A DNA stretch of 64,000 bases from Eledone cirrhosa (GCA_964016885.1 OZ024742.1:3348001-3412000), one strand, 5' to 3'; counted from the stretch's first letter, positions 45,752 to 59,467 are shown. Notes: generated by a model from the letters alone, not told the origin. Numbers and translations are program-made.

Positions 45752-48703
45752 TATAGGAATAGTAATAAGTTTGAAGACTAAATTCCAAAGAGGGCTCGAT
45801 AAGGATAAATATATATCAAATATATAAGAACCGTAGAGCAAATATTTATTAAAATAACAGATTAAAGTTTAAGCAAAGAATCGCTGCTTTCACCTTTAAC
45901 GGGATCTTCTGAAACTAAAAAAGTCAATCTGTGAACGCAGAAGTAAATATTTCAAAAAACGTTGCAACCAGAGGAAGACAGGAAGACGATTCTTTGGTTC
46001 GTGGAAACGTTCCCTGGCAAAGAGCGGGAAAAAAACGAATATAATACGTCATTATTTGCACCGGTGAAAAACAATTACACGTATATGGTATAAAAGAAGT
46101 CGTAGACTAATATTCTATTTCGTGGTTCATGGAGACGTTCTCTGGCAACGAACGGAAAAAAGGAAGATAATACGTCATTATATGGAACGGGAGAACAATT
46201 GTACGCAAAGACAAAACCACGTAAATGGTATAACTGAAGTCGTAGACTAAAATTCTCACTAGGAAACCGACTGATTCTCGACATCAGAGTTAAGAATAAA
46301 GTAAATAAAATACAGAGGTAATTGAAATTTAAAAAAATACATACACGCATCCATATACGTACATACACAGACATACGCGAAAACACTCGCAATTGGTATA
46401 AATTACAAGCACGTACACAAAAAAACCCGCACCCACATACAGAACCCACGCAACGCATGTACCCGCACACATACGAATGTATACACCAAATACACATAAA
46501 AAAATATATAAAATATATAAAATATATATATATATGTGTGTGTTTGTGCGTGTATACATATAATTAAATAAACGTATATAAATAAATAAATAAATACGTA
46601 TATAATGCGCGCACACACATACGAATGTAAATAAACATATGTTCGGAGGCGTACGTCAACGAAACCACAAAGTACACATATACACACATCCTACATACGT
46701 ACGAACCCGCATACTCCCACAGACGCAAAACTCGCGCATACACATAACCAAATGCACATGTACCAGAATATATAATATATACGCCATAACATATACAATG
46801 AAATATACGTACGAGAAAGTATACGTACCTTCACAAAACAAACAGGTAATATATACTTACCTATACAAATAAGCAATGGTATAAACATAACATATACTTA
46901 GCTACCACACTAAGACGTAAAATATCCGCGTATTGTTCGTACTATCCGTTAGGGTATAATGTAGGGCTGTAATACAGGAAAGTTTTGTGCAATTTATGTT
47001 TACAAGCCGAAATTGCCTCAAATTTTTTTTTAAGATGTGGTCTTTGGCGTAGAGTATTTCCAGAGCCTCAGCGGCGCAGAGGTCACATGGTCTTTTATTT
47101 CCGTTATACAATCTAGCCTAAGCTAGGATCTCCCAGTGTAACTTATATTGGGTGTGGTTGTCTTTTAGACTCCAGATATAAGCTGAAAGTGACGTCATAT
47201 TCCTTCTTAAAAGGGTTAAGAAAAGAATGGGTATGCATGTAAAGACGCTGCTTGAATCTATTAGCGGTTAACCCTATGTAGGCCCTACGGGACGTGGGTG
47301 TTTCAACCTTACATTTGTAGACAATGTTACTAGAGAGGCATTTCCCGGATAGGAGGCAGTCAACCCGATTCCTACAATTCCGGTTAGTACTAGCTATAGG
47401 GTTGCACGTGTTCCTACGGCTAGGTAGTTTAGCTAAATTTGAAGCTGTGATGTTATGTGCAAGGTTAGGAGTCGTAGAGTAAGACATTTTAATGGTATTT
47501 CTATTAAAGATTTTACTATATTTATGTGTCGGCTTGTAAACATAAATTGCATAAAACTTTCCTGTATTACAGCCCAACATTATACCCTAACGGATAGTAC
47601 GAACTATACGCAGATATTTTACGTCTTGATGTGGTAGCTAAGTATATGTTATGTTTATACCATTGCTTATTTGTATAGGTAAGTATATATTACTTGTTTG
47701 TTTTGTGAAGGTACGTATAGTTTCTCGTACGTATATTTCATTGTATATGTTATGGCGTATATATTATATATTCTGGTACATATGCATTTGGTTATGTGTA
47801 TACGCGAGTTTTGCGTCTGTGTGAGTATGCGGGTTCGTACGTATGTAGGGTGTGTGTATATGTGTACTTTGTGTTTTGGTTGACGTAGTCTCCGAAAATA
47901 TGTGTATTTACATGTAGGTATGTGTGTGCACGCATTATATACGTATTTATTTATTTATATACGTTTATTTTTAATTATATGTATACACGCACAGTCACAC
48001 ACACATATATATATATATTTTTAATATATATTTTTATATGTATTTGGTGTATACATTCGTATGTGTGCGGGTACATGCGTTGCCTGGGTTCTGTATGTGC
48101 GTGCGGGTTTTTTTGTGTACGTTCGTGTATTGTATACCGATGGCGAATGTTTTAGCGTATGCTTGCGTATGTACGTATATGGATGCGTGTATGTATTTTT
48201 TTAATTTCAATTACCTCTGTATTTTATTTATTTTATTCTTAACTCTGAAGCCGAGAATCATTCGGTTTCCTAGTTAGAATTTTAGTCTACGACTTCAGTT
48301 ATACCATTTACGTGGTTTTGTCTTTGCGTGCAATTGTTCTCCACGCAACACATATGACGTATTATCTTCGTTTTTTTCGTTCATTGCCAGAGAACGTCTG
48401 TATGAACCACCTGATAGAATATTAGTCTACGACTTCTTTTATACCATAAACGTGGTTTTGTCTTTGCGTGTAATTGTTTTTCACCGCTCCAAATAATGAC
48501 TCATTATGTTCGTTTTTTCCCGTTCTTTGCCAGGGAACGTTTCCACGAACCAAAGTATCGTCTTCCTGTCTTCCTCCGGTTGCAACGTTTTTTGAAATAT
48601 TTGTTTCTGCGTTCACAGATTGACTTTTTTAGTTTCAGAAGATCCCGTTAAGGGTGAAAGCAGCGATTCTTTGCTTAAACTTTAATCTGTTATTTTAATA
48701 AAT
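45752..48703 (-). mobile_element. Fold-back Naiad-like PLE insertion (~2.9 kb)
   Basis: Arms ~45843-47010 / 47520-48703; loop carries IFNRNTIKMSYSTTPN..IVYKC..YIGLTANRFKQR..CDLC; hammerheads 45866-45916 (-) and 48631-48681 (+). Confidence 0.9.
48631..48681 (+). ncRNA. Hammerhead ribozyme, CAGAAGA (U4A) core
   Basis: AGTTT CAGAAGA T CCC GTTAA GGG T GAAA GCA GCGATTCTT TGC TT AAACT. Confidence 0.7.
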
Positions 48704-48773
48704 ATATATATATAGATGAGATTCTACAGGACTAGAACTGTTTCATTCTTTAGAAATCATCAGGAATCTCAGG

Positions 48774-48822
48774 GATTCCTGATGATTTCTAAAGAATGAA
48801 ACAGTTCTAGTCCTGTAGAATC
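48774..48822 (+). ncRNA. Hammerhead ribozyme (mirror 48720-48768 on minus)
   Basis: GATTC CTGATGA T TTC TAAA GAA T GAAA CAG TTCTAGTC CTG TA GAATC. Confidence 0.8.
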
Positions 48823-48904
48823 TCATCTATATTAAATTTTTATACTCTGCAATGTATTGAGTACCTTACTTACTGTGGTTACCTCCGATTCAACCCGGAA
48901 TAAC

Positions 48905-48956
<52 letters not shown>

Positions 48957-49022
48957 CTATATATATATAAAATTAAAATTACGAGGAATCAATAGACAAA
49001 AATATACCTATTTTTTCTTTAA

Positions 49023-49118
49023 AGTCCCAACTGCAGTTTCACCGAATCCGTTTACACCGGTATCTGCATTATAAAAATGTATCATCGCTGTGGGGTTGAT
49101 ACGGCTTATCAAGAGACC
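49023..49118 (-). ncRNA. Hammerhead ribozyme, U3:A8 core, ~65-nt stem II
   Basis: GGTCTC TTGATAA GCCG...CGGT GAAA CTGCAG TT GGGACT. Confidence 0.75.
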
Positions 49119-49730
49119 GCTAAAAAAAAGACTGTTTCTTGACGCGTGAGAAATTAACGAGAGGTGGAGGGAAAAATTAACACGTGATACAGTGGTCACA
49201 GAATGATAGTAAAGGTGGACAGTGAGCGAGTAACGTATTTGCTAAAAAAAGCAGTTACTACACTCCTTGGTTAACTCAACCAAGGGGGAGATTGAGACAA
49301 TATAATAGTGAAATACACAAACATATTCGTATGTAAATGTGTGTGGTGTCCGCCCCAACAAGTTTTTCTCGATGGCCGAAAGAGTTAAAATAATCAAAAT
49401 AATTAAAATAAATCAATAATCAGAGCTATTTATCAAATTAAAAATACGAGGAAATAATAATATACCTGTATATATATATATTATGTTTAGACACCAGAAC
49501 GTGTGTATAAGATACAGGCGTCCTGTCGAATTTATGATAGTATTTAATTAGCTCAATATTTGAAAGCAGAGCAGTTATATGAGAACGTGGTATGCTGGGA
49601 AACTTAGGATTTGCATGGACTCACAACCCCACACCTATGATGCGGAAGTATTGATCCCAACATGAGACTAGAGTGGATGGTATTGTAATCGTAAGGGGTA
49701 ACACGGACGAATGGAACACGTGGATACATG

Positions 49731-49798
<68 letters not shown>

Positions 49799-50543
49799 TG
49801 TGTGCGTATGTACGTAGGTTTATGTAGACTTATACGCGAACAGACACACGTAAACGTTATATTCTACTGATATCCATGATGATTGCTTTCACCTGTCTCC
49901 ACTACGCTTTGCTTTGGCGACCTATATGTTCTGTGAACCACACAGATAAATTGCATTTGAACGCCACCTATAACACTTGTTGCCATACTGTGATGGCTAC
50001 ATGGAATTCCACTATATGATCGCTTTATCTGGCTCCCGCTATATCTGACTCTGCCTACATCATTCACTTTCGTTAATATTATTCTTAAACTGTCACCTCT
50101 GAAATCTTTTACTGTCTACAACTACATTTGTTTGCATTTATTTGCATTGATTATATAATGTGTTATATTTTATGTTTGATTTTTATTTTTATCTTTATTT
50201 TTATCACCTTTTATTCTCATATTTTATTCTCATTTTTATTTTTATTATTTTTTATTATTTTTTTATATTTTCTAATATTATCATCACTTTATTGTTATCT
50301 TTATTTTATCCTTACCTCTAGACTCTACCCTTTACGCTTTACCTCTTATCTTTAACTTCCTTATCTTTTATTTTTCCTTATCTTTAATTATTGTAACTGA
50401 TTTTGGTCTTATATGTATCGGCTTCTAGCGGTGACGCGTCGTCCAGGCACCCCACTCTTCTTAGTCCTCTGTGCTACATATGGATCGTTCTTGTGATATA
50501 GGTCGGTAGAGTTTATACTATTGATCTAATTCCTCTTTATAAT

Positions 50544-50588
50544 GCTCTGATGAGTCCTGCAATTATGCAAGGACGAAACACTGTCAGC
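50544..50588 (+). ncRNA. Hammerhead ribozyme in PLE tail 49585-50760
   Basis: GCT CTGATGA GTCC TGCA ATTA TGCA A GGAC GAAA C ACT G TC AGC. Confidence 0.85.
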
Positions 50589-50819
50589 AAATAAAGATTA
50601 ATTGATGATGTAAGCGCTCTTTGTTTTTGTTTCATATATATATACTTATTCATTTAGGTTTGTTGGTTCACCACTGGATAGAACTGGTCATACCGTACGG
50701 TCAACCTCGATGTAATATTAGGGAGAGCACTCGACGTAATGCAACTCACCCATCTTCGTTTGTGTTGTTGGTGGTACGAGTACGGAGTTAATTATTATAA
50801 AATAACAGGAGGCTGGACC

Positions 50820-51090
50820 GGTGTAATTCCTTAAAGGTTTATTATACTATGAATATTTCAATGACCGGGATCAGATTGAATCCGGTGACATCATCAGATA
50901 TTCGAAATTTAAGAAAGAAATATAATCCATAGGGTTGAAAAGGCAGAGAAACAAGAAGGCGGCCTCACATTTCAGCCCCATAGATCATATTCCTTTGTTA
51001 AATTTTGAATACCTGATGATGTCACCGGATTCATACTGAACCCGGTCATTGAAATGTTCATAGCATAATAAACCATTAAGGAATTACAGC
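50820..51090. mobile_element. Diverged fold-back with hammerheads at 50844-50901 (-) and 51009-51066 (+)
   Basis: CTGATGA TGTCA CCGGATTCA TAC TGAACCCGG TCATT GAAA TGTTCA TA. Confidence 0.7.
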
Positions 51091-51101
51091 AGTCACCCCT
51101 C

Positions 51102-51137
<36 letters not shown>

Positions 51138-51141
<4 letters not shown>

Positions 51142-51370
51142 CGAAGGAATTGTGGTAAGGTACCAGATGGACCATAACGTACCAAAGTACTCAATACTTA
51201 GTGTAGTAGAGTGGATAATAGGAACAAGTATGACCTCGACGGAAGAGCTCAAGCCGTTTCTACAGCTATTTCTGGACTAAGTAAGAATTTTTTGAAAAAA
51301 TTCTTACTTAGTCCAGAAATAGCCGTCATTACGGCTTGAGCTCTGCCGTCGGGGTCAGACTTGTTCCTAT
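51138..51370 (-). mobile_element. Mini fold-back of PLE 3' end
   Basis: Axis AGAATTTTTTGAAAAAATTCT; same family as 21249-21439. Confidence 0.8.
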
Positions 51371-51510
51371 ATATATATATATATATATATATTAAACTTT
51401 AATCTGTTATTTTAATAAATATTTGCTCTATGGTTTTTATATATTTGATATATATATTATCCTTATCAAGCCCTCTTCGAATTTTAGTCTTCACGCTTAT
51501 TATTATTACT

Positions 51511-51692
51511 TGGCAGTATCGGTAGAGGGTCGGACGCCATGCTTTCCAGCATAGTTACGTCCCTTTACGATCTGAGTTCAAATCCCGCCGAGGTTGACTT
51601 TGCCTTTCATCCTTACGGGGTCGATAAAATAAAGTACCAGTAATGCACTGGGTTTTTGCTGGCCTTGTGCCTAAAGTAGGAACAATTATTAC
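51511..51692 (+). mobile_element. tRNA-derived SINE
   Basis: A box TGGCAGTATCGG, B box GTTCAAATCC, (ATT)n tail. Confidence 0.88.
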
Positions 51693-51784
51693 TATATATA
51701 TATAGTAATAATAATAATTATATAATAATATATAATAATATAATAATAATAATAATATAATAATATAATATATAGTTATAATAA

Positions 51785-51975
51785 TAATTGTTTCTACGTT
51801 AGACACAAGGCCAGCAATTGCCCAGTGCATTACTGGTACTTTATTTTATCGACCCCGTAAGGATGAAAGGCAAAGTCAACCTCGGCGGGATTTTTAACTC
51901 AGATCGTAAAGGGACGTAACTATGCTGGAAAGCATGGTGTCCGACCCTCTACCGATACTGCCAATCCACCGCCCT
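51785..51975 (-). mobile_element. tRNA-derived SINE, full head
   Basis: GGGCGGTGGATTGGCAGTATCGG...CCTTGTGTCTAACGTAGAAACAATTATT. Confidence 0.88.
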
Positions 51976-52003
51976 TATATATATATATAGTAATAATAAT
52001 AAT

Positions 52004-55000
52004 GATTTCTTTATTGGCCACAAGGACTGACATCAAGAAAAACATTACAGACGGCACAGGACGGTACAGGACGGCACGATGTGGGTTTTGTGCGTGTAAA
52101 TATTTTTATTATTTATATAAGAAAAGAAAAAAAAAGGACATAGAAACATATATATATATAAACAATAAAAATGAAAATTGAAACAATGAAAAATTCCCCA
52201 ATAGGGGGGATACCTCCGAGGGTTACTCGTGGTGAAAACCACACAAAAGGCCACGGCCAACCTGACCACCAGATCAAGCGCTCTCTCTCAATTTTTCCAT
52301 CTCTCAAACTACAGACGTATATTCAGAGTGGTCCCGTTCGCTCGGACCATTCTCGCTACATGCACACACCTTTCAACAAACTTGCTAGAAAGCAGCACTT
52401 GCCTCTCCACCCTGATTTTCCTCTTTAAGTGAAACTTGAAAAAGTTAATTAGGGATTCGCCGAAGAGGAAAGTGTCTGTCTTTAACCCTTTTAAACTTGT
52501 CCACCACACAATCTTTTCGCTATAGCCACCAGGCAGATGAAAACCGCCTGCCCTTCCTCCTCGAAGGAAGACGGCGAGACCATCTGCACAATGGATTCAG
52601 TCGACAACCGGACAGTCCTACACGTGACAGTCCTACACGTGACAGCAACTGTTCGACATAGCTCCACAAGTCAGCAATGCTCGGGCACTGAACGAGTGCG
52701 TGCACGACGGTTTCGTCGCTCTGCGCGCATCTCGAACAGGCTCGGCTGACGGCACTTCCGTGCCTGTAGAGCTTATCTCGAACCGGCAACGCTCCCCGGT
52801 AGCACTGCCAGGCCAGGGATTTTTGGAAGTTATCCATAGACCCCGGGCTGAAAGTTCTCCGGAAGAGAGCAAACAGCTAATCTTCTTCGACGCCCAGGAT
52901 CTCTCCGAGAATGTCGTCTCTCTACCTCTCCACTAGTCCTCTATAGAACACCGAGGTGGATGTTCCACCGATACTGGTGCCCAGCTGGGAGAGGGCAGTG
53001 AGCGCCTGGAGACATTCCAGTTTCCAAGCGCTATCCCTCGGTCTTTTTATGACCCAGGACTGCAGCTCCGTCAAGGAGACGAGCTGTGGGAAAACGTGCC
53101 TGGCGAACGGCGACCACACCTGTTCACCATCAAGGAAGCACCAGAGATGTCACAGACTCAGCGCATGTTTGCGCATCATCAGCCATGGCATGCCCAGTCC
53201 TCCACGCAACGGGTTTGACAGCAGATGGATCGTCTGACCATGGGAGCGCGTCCCTTCCACAAAAAGCGGAAGAGGAGGCGCTCCATTTTGGTGAGAGTTG
53301 GGCTGGAGCAAGGGACGACGGTGAGGCGGTAGCAGATGACGGATGCGATGTACGCATTCGCCACCTCCGCCCGGCCTTTCAGAGACAGCTTCCTCTCAGC
53401 CCATTTCTGGGTGAGGGCGGCCACCCTGCTCGTCACCTCATTCCAGTTTTTCTCCATCTGGAGGTCCGATCCGAACCAGACCCCGTGCAATTTAACCAGT
53501 CCTTCCGTCTAACGCCCCACGACGCTGTCGGACGACATGGACTTGCCTCTCCAGGTGCTGAGCTGCAAGCCCACCGACTTTTCCTGGTTTATCTTTGCTC
53601 CTGTCACCGCTTCGTATTCCTTGAGAGCGGTGCCGAGCATCTGGACGTGTCTGGTGCTCGACACCACCACGGTGACGTCGTCAGCGTAAGCCGACTCGGA
53701 TTTCCCGCCTCCTAGTTCGCGTGGGACGCCCCTCATCGCCTCCAGTTTGTGCAGTAACGGCTCGAGAGCCAATACGTACAAGAGGGACGAGAGGGGACAA
53801 CCCAGGCGGATTGATCGCATGATGCTGAACGGCTACGATAGGTGACCGTTCACCCTCACAGCTGAGCAGATGTCGCTGTACGTTGCTGCGATCCAACCCC
53901 TGAAAACGGGCCCGAAACCAGCTGCCTCGAGGACCGCCGCCAGGTACCGATGGTCGACCCTATCGAATGCTTTGGATTGATCCAAGTTTATCAGGGCCCC
54001 ACCCTTGCCAGGTTCCTTGACCACCCTCTCTACGATGTATCGCATGAGGTGGAGGTTGTCGTGTGTGGATCTGTCTAGAATGGCGCATGTCTGCGACTCT
54101 CCAACCAGACCCTTGACGACAAGCGCCAACCTCGTTGCTAACACCTTGGCCAAAATCTTGAACTCTGCGTTTAGCAGCGTTATGGGCCTGAAAGTATCGA
54201 TAACATCCCCCTTCTGCTCCCGTTCTGCTGCCAGTTGCAGGAGACGTCTGTCAAGAGGTCACCGAACAAGTCTGGCATAAAAGCATAAAGCTCGTAGGGC
54301 AGACCATCCAAACCTGGTGATTTACCCCTTGTGCAGTTAGCCATCGCTTCCCGTATTTCACCGGCCGTTATTGGCTTTTCGCAACACTGTGCTAGGGTTG
54401 TCGAGAGCCGAGGCAGTCCGTCGAGGTATGCACTGAAGTCAATGTCCCGATCCAGGCCACCGCTGCTCCCGAACAGTTCAGCAAAGTGTTGCTGAAAAGC
54501 TTCACACATCCGCTCAGGTTCGAGCATCACGCACCCGTTTTGGTCAGACAAAGACCGAATTGTGGCTTTGTTGCCACGTCTCGCCTCTGCCACCCGGGCC
54601 CATTGGACGGCTTTTGTCCCCTCGTGTTTCAGAGCACGCGCTCTAGCTCAGACAATGTAGCCTTCGTGTTTTGCGTAGAAGAATTGGTTGAGTGCCAATC
54701 TCGCCGCAAGCACGTCGGTTGCGATGCCTATCCTAAACGCCTCTTCTAGCTTTCTGACTAGCTCTCCCTCTACTCTATTTTCCTCTATCACTACTCCTTT
54801 GCTAAACCTAATCGACTCTACTTTAATTGCCCTTTTCAGGGCGAACCACCACCTGTTGTTGACGATCGCTCCCGTCAACGCCCGCTTAACTAATACGCTA
54901 ATCCGGTCTCTAGGCTTTGCGCGGCGGGAAAGTCGCGGTCAGCTTCCAGTAACCAGGCCCTTGTCTATGAAGTCTGTCTATGTCGATCTCACAGATCACA

Positions 55001-58000
55001 AATTTGTGGTCTGTGTAATCGACTATATTAAATTGTGGACAACTTATACTAGCCTTATCTAGTTCTCTGCAGAAAACCCTATCGAGATACGATCTGGATG
55101 ACCCGATGCGGTTGTCCATGTCCACATTGGCACATTCGGGTGATCCAGTCGATACCTGTCAAACAATTCAAAACGTCTGAGCAGGTTGGTGAGGCTCTTG
55201 CACCCTCCTCCCCTATCCACTAGCCCCACACGATCCCAGCGTGCATCCAAGATACCGTTCCAGTCGCCCACTAACACTAAAGAGCGGGACGTTCCAAGAA
55301 AGGTCTCTAGACGTCTGAAGAAATCTGGCCGTCCTGCCTCTGTTGGGGCGTAGACGGCTACTAGCCTGAAAGCATTGCCTTCGCTGCCGGTCACGTCCAG
55401 CACCACTGACTTACCTTCTGGGTCTAGGAAGATGGCCCGTATCGCGAGATCCAAGCCTCTCCGAAAAAGGACGGAGACCCCCTCCCCCCGATCCTGGACG
55501 GCTGGGAGGTGCGTATACATCGTAGCCGCCGAAGATCGGTGCGAAGGCTTGTGCTTCGGAGATTCTAGTTTCACTGATGGCCACCACATCTATGTTTAGT
55601 GACCTGAGGTCGTTGAGCAGGTGACCCTGCTTCCAAGATGACCCCAGACCACGTGCATTTATACTGCCTATTCTGAGTACGGCCATGTTGGATGAGAAAC
55701 GGGGCAAGTGAGAAAGGGTCACTTACCTTGTTCGTGTGGTGAAGGGACAGTAGAACCGTCCCTTTCGCTGGTCATGGGTGTTTCCAAGAGGATGTCAGTG
55801 TATATCCTCTTGGTAACCGACCCTCTGAAGTCTCCAACTGCGTTGGGGAATTTTTGTTTTAAAGGTTTGTACTGTTCTATTGAGATTTCGATGATACTTA
55901 TGTTTGTCAGGAGAGTTCTTGGTGTTGGTGGGGTGTAGTAGTTTTTTTCTGTGATGTCTGTGTGCTGCTTTATATATTGTATGTGTTCTTTTTTTGCCAT
56001 GTTTATGGCTGTGTACTTTTTGGGGGGAGGGGTGATTTTGTTGCTGTTTTCTTCTTGTTGCTGTTTGGTGTGTGTGTCTTGTTGTGTTTGCGTTGTTGGT
56101 GTTTTTGGTGATGCTGGTGGTGGTTTGGTTGTTGTTGTCAGTGGTGCTTGTGGTGGTGATGGTGGTGGTGTTGCTGCAAGTCTCCTTGCTGCCTTTACCC
56201 CTCTTTGTATGCCTTCGCTTTTGGAGGGTGAATCTAAGGTTTTTTTTCTGTTTTGTTTTTTTAGTGGCAGACCGTTTGCCACTTCACTCCCATCTCAAAC
56301 TCCATGTCGGATTCTGTGGCGTCTGGGAGGGGTATGTGCACCACGGCTGTTGGTGGTGGTAGTGGAGCCCTCTTCGGCAATTTTGTTGCTGGTGTAGCTA
56401 CTTCAAATATAGCTATAGGTGTTGCCGCCACTGATGATGCTGCTTTAGTTGTCCGTTTCCTTGGTACGGGTGCTACGGACGTTGCCCTCCTACTCAACGT
56501 GGAAGGGGCTTCTTCGTTTGTTGCCTGTCCTGCTCTTGGTAGCAGCGGACAAGGTATTGGAAGGAGAGGGGCCTTCTTCGCTGTCTTCTGTGGGCAAAAG
56601 GCCCTGAGGTGACCCTTCGACCCACAGAGATAACATTTTTGCCGTCTTCCTTCTACACTTATAGATAGTTGGAGTCGCTCCTTGATGTCTATGATATCGG
56701 GGATAGCGTTGATACATTCCTGGTCAGTTTGTATAAGCATTTGCATGCCTATACCTGACCAGTTCTCTCTCCCTATTTTTTCTACTTGCAGAATGGTCGT
56801 CCTGTTCTCGATTCCAGCAAGGAGAGACGCGGCCAGCCAAGGTATGGGCACGTCGGGTGGAACCTGGGTCACTTTGACCCTCACAATTTTCTGCCCGCAG
56901 TAGGAGGGCACCAAGACTATCTCCTCACTCTTTAGGGTTTCCAAAGAATGAGACTTTGCTTCCAGGGGGGTGGAGAAAATACGTCTACTGTGGCGTACTT
57001 TCTGCCTCGGGTGATGTGGGTTTTGCGTGCTCAGACGCACCCCAAGGCATTTTGGATTTGAGCCTCCGTGGCTCTCTCCACTCGATGTGAGATTTTGCTT
57101 ACGGTGCGGTAAGTCACCGTCCGTAGCTGCTGGTCCTTGAAAAAATCGGGTGGAGGTTTCAGGGAAACTCTATTTGCGCTTCTTTTCACCATGGCCCTTG
57201 CGACTGCCATCTCCTCCTCTGTGACTAACACTGTCTCGATATTTCGAGCGACACCTGCAAAAGAAGTTGTCCCTTTTTCAGCAGCACCACTATTGCTGCC
57301 GCGACTGGTCTTACTGGTGGTGCTGAGATCGCTATTACAGGTATCGGTGTCATTGTTGTTGTTTTCGTTGGTACAGTTGTTGGTGTTGTTGTTTTCGTTG
57401 ATACTGTTGCTGTTGTTACTGTTATTGTGGCTGTTGTTATTATTGTTGTTTTTGTTGATACTGTTCCTACTATTATTGTTGTTGTGGCTGTTGTTATTGT
57501 CATTGTTATTGTCGTTCTCGACCTTACCGCTGTTATTTTTGTTATTGTCGTTCTCGACTTTATCGCGGTTATTTTTGTTGTTGCTGTTGCTATTGATGGT
57601 GTTGTTGTTGGTGTTGTTGTTGGTGTTATTGTTGGTGTTGTTTGTGTTAGAAATATTTGTTAATTTTAAATCTGTAACAATCTTCTTTTCCTTTGTAATA
57701 TTTTCGTTTATATTTACCCCCGCTGTCTTGTTGACATGCTGATAAAGTCTCCCTTTCTCTGTGTTGTCTGACAATGCTCTCTCTCTTTCTTGTCTTATCC
57801 ATGTTGAAATTTTTCAAAAAAAATATTTTTACACAAATACGAATACGACACCCCGTAAAGGGGTGCCGTATTATTTACTAGTGAACCCCTGTATTAGGTG
57901 GGTCACTTCTAAACTTTTATCAAATTTAAAACTTGAATAAAAGGTTTAGAACGGTTGAAAACAAGGTAAAACGTTGAAAAAAATTGGAGGCGATAAGAAG

Positions 58001-58010
58001 CGTGGCTTCA
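52004..58010 (-). mobile_element. Near full-length, disabled Tx1/L1-clade LINE (ORF1 and ORF2)
   Basis: ORF1 pieces 57774-55719 with CCHC knuckle CYLCGSKGHLRAFC. ORF2 starts at ATG 55686: APE endonuclease (GSINARGL..DVVAISET..VYAP..GDWN..YLDRVF..TDH), RT (YADD) and zinc finger; many frameshifts; flanked by (AAT)n. Confidence 0.93.
55719..57774 (-). pseudogene. Tx1-like ORF1 (gag-like; poly-Asn N-terminus, CCHC knuckle), two frameshifts
   Basis: Overlapping ORFs 57031-57774, 56261-57040 and 55719-56282. Confidence 0.8.
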
Positions 58011-58706
58011 CCAACAACAATAATAATAATAATAATAATAATATAATAATAATATAATAATAATATAATAATAATATAGTAATAATAATAATCTGGTCTG
58101 GTCCGTGGTTAGAAAGGTTCCCCCAGACCGAGGCGGGTCTGATATTTGCAACCTCTGTCTTAGTGACACACTCGAGATTCTTCATGGCGGAACCAAGCTA
58201 TTAAACAGAAGGGCCGACTTATTCGGTGCCTGCAGACACCTAAGGACGGGAACTTTCCTCAAGCTATATGGATAAACCCCGTTTACGGCCTCCCACAAGC
58301 CCCCCCCCCCCCCTGTAGGTCCCCTACACCCCGTACCGATGACCAATCGACAACAACAACCACCCATGGTTTGTGGTCCACCTATGGTGGATGGTCCACC
58401 GGATCCTCTACTGGTTAGGAGTCATCTAAAGAACGTTTTATTGAACATGATTTTATATATTTATGTATATATGTATCATGTGTATATATATGTGTATTTT
58501 ATATGTGTATATATGTGTATTTTATATATATGTATGTATATGTATGTATATATTTTATATGTATGTGTATGTGTATTTTATGTATATATGTATGTATGTG
58601 TTATGAGTGTATATATTTTGTGTGAGTGTGTATTTTATGTATATATATATTTTTTATATTTTTGTAAGTATATATTTTATATATGTGTATGTTCTGTGTA
58701 TATATA

Positions 58707-58776
<70 letters not shown>

Positions 58777-59411
58777 ACTTGTGCGTACATCCATGCATAC
58801 ATATATATATACACATCTGTATGGATTTGTGTGTATAGATGTGTGTTTGAGGGGGTAGGTGTGAGTGTATGTACAAGTGAACCAGCATAAACCTTTTATT
58901 TCTAAATTTTCTAAACTATCTAAGTATTTGACTCTAACCATTATATTAAGTATTACCACCCCGCATTTTGTATGTGTAGAAGTGTGTATGTGTCTGTGGA
59001 GGTGGGTGTGAGTGTATGTGCAAGCCAACCTATATAAGCCTTTTTATTTGTAAACTTTCTACCCCAACCATAAATTTTAGTAGCACCACTCCACATAAAT
59101 TCCTCAATTTAAGAATGACCTGTAGTATTCATACTATTAACCTTATTTGAATATATATCTGACCAGGAATGCCTTTTGTGAAAATCAGTCATATGGAACT
59201 ATTGTCATTTTGCCTGACGGTTTGAACTTTACAACACCATCTGCCTCTTTGAGGTCAAATACCAACCCTACTAGCATCTACAAACTGACCAATGAGAATC
59301 AAGACTATTCCTGCTGACAACATTAAATTATTCCTAACAAGCTCATATGTCCCAAGGTTCTGATACCATCAACACTATAAACACAGAGCTGGCATATCTA
59401 AGAACTGACTA

Positions 59412-59467
59412 ACTGCCTGATGAGGTCATAGCCATTCAATGGCTATCATCGAAATATATATGCCAGT
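59412..59467 (+). ncRNA. Probable hammerhead ribozyme near the end of a PLE-like tail (~58430-59512)
   Basis: ACTGC CTGATGA GGT C ATAGCCATT CA ATGGCTAT C ATC GAAA TATA TA TGCCAGT; stem I imperfect. Confidence 0.6.

Noticed and set aside
51511-51600. tRNA gene
   Set aside because: A and B boxes are present but no cloverleaf forms, and the sequence continues into a repeated SINE body.
57137-57742. Leu/Val-rich membrane-like ORF
   Set aside because: It is antisense to the poly-Asn tract of Tx1 ORF1.
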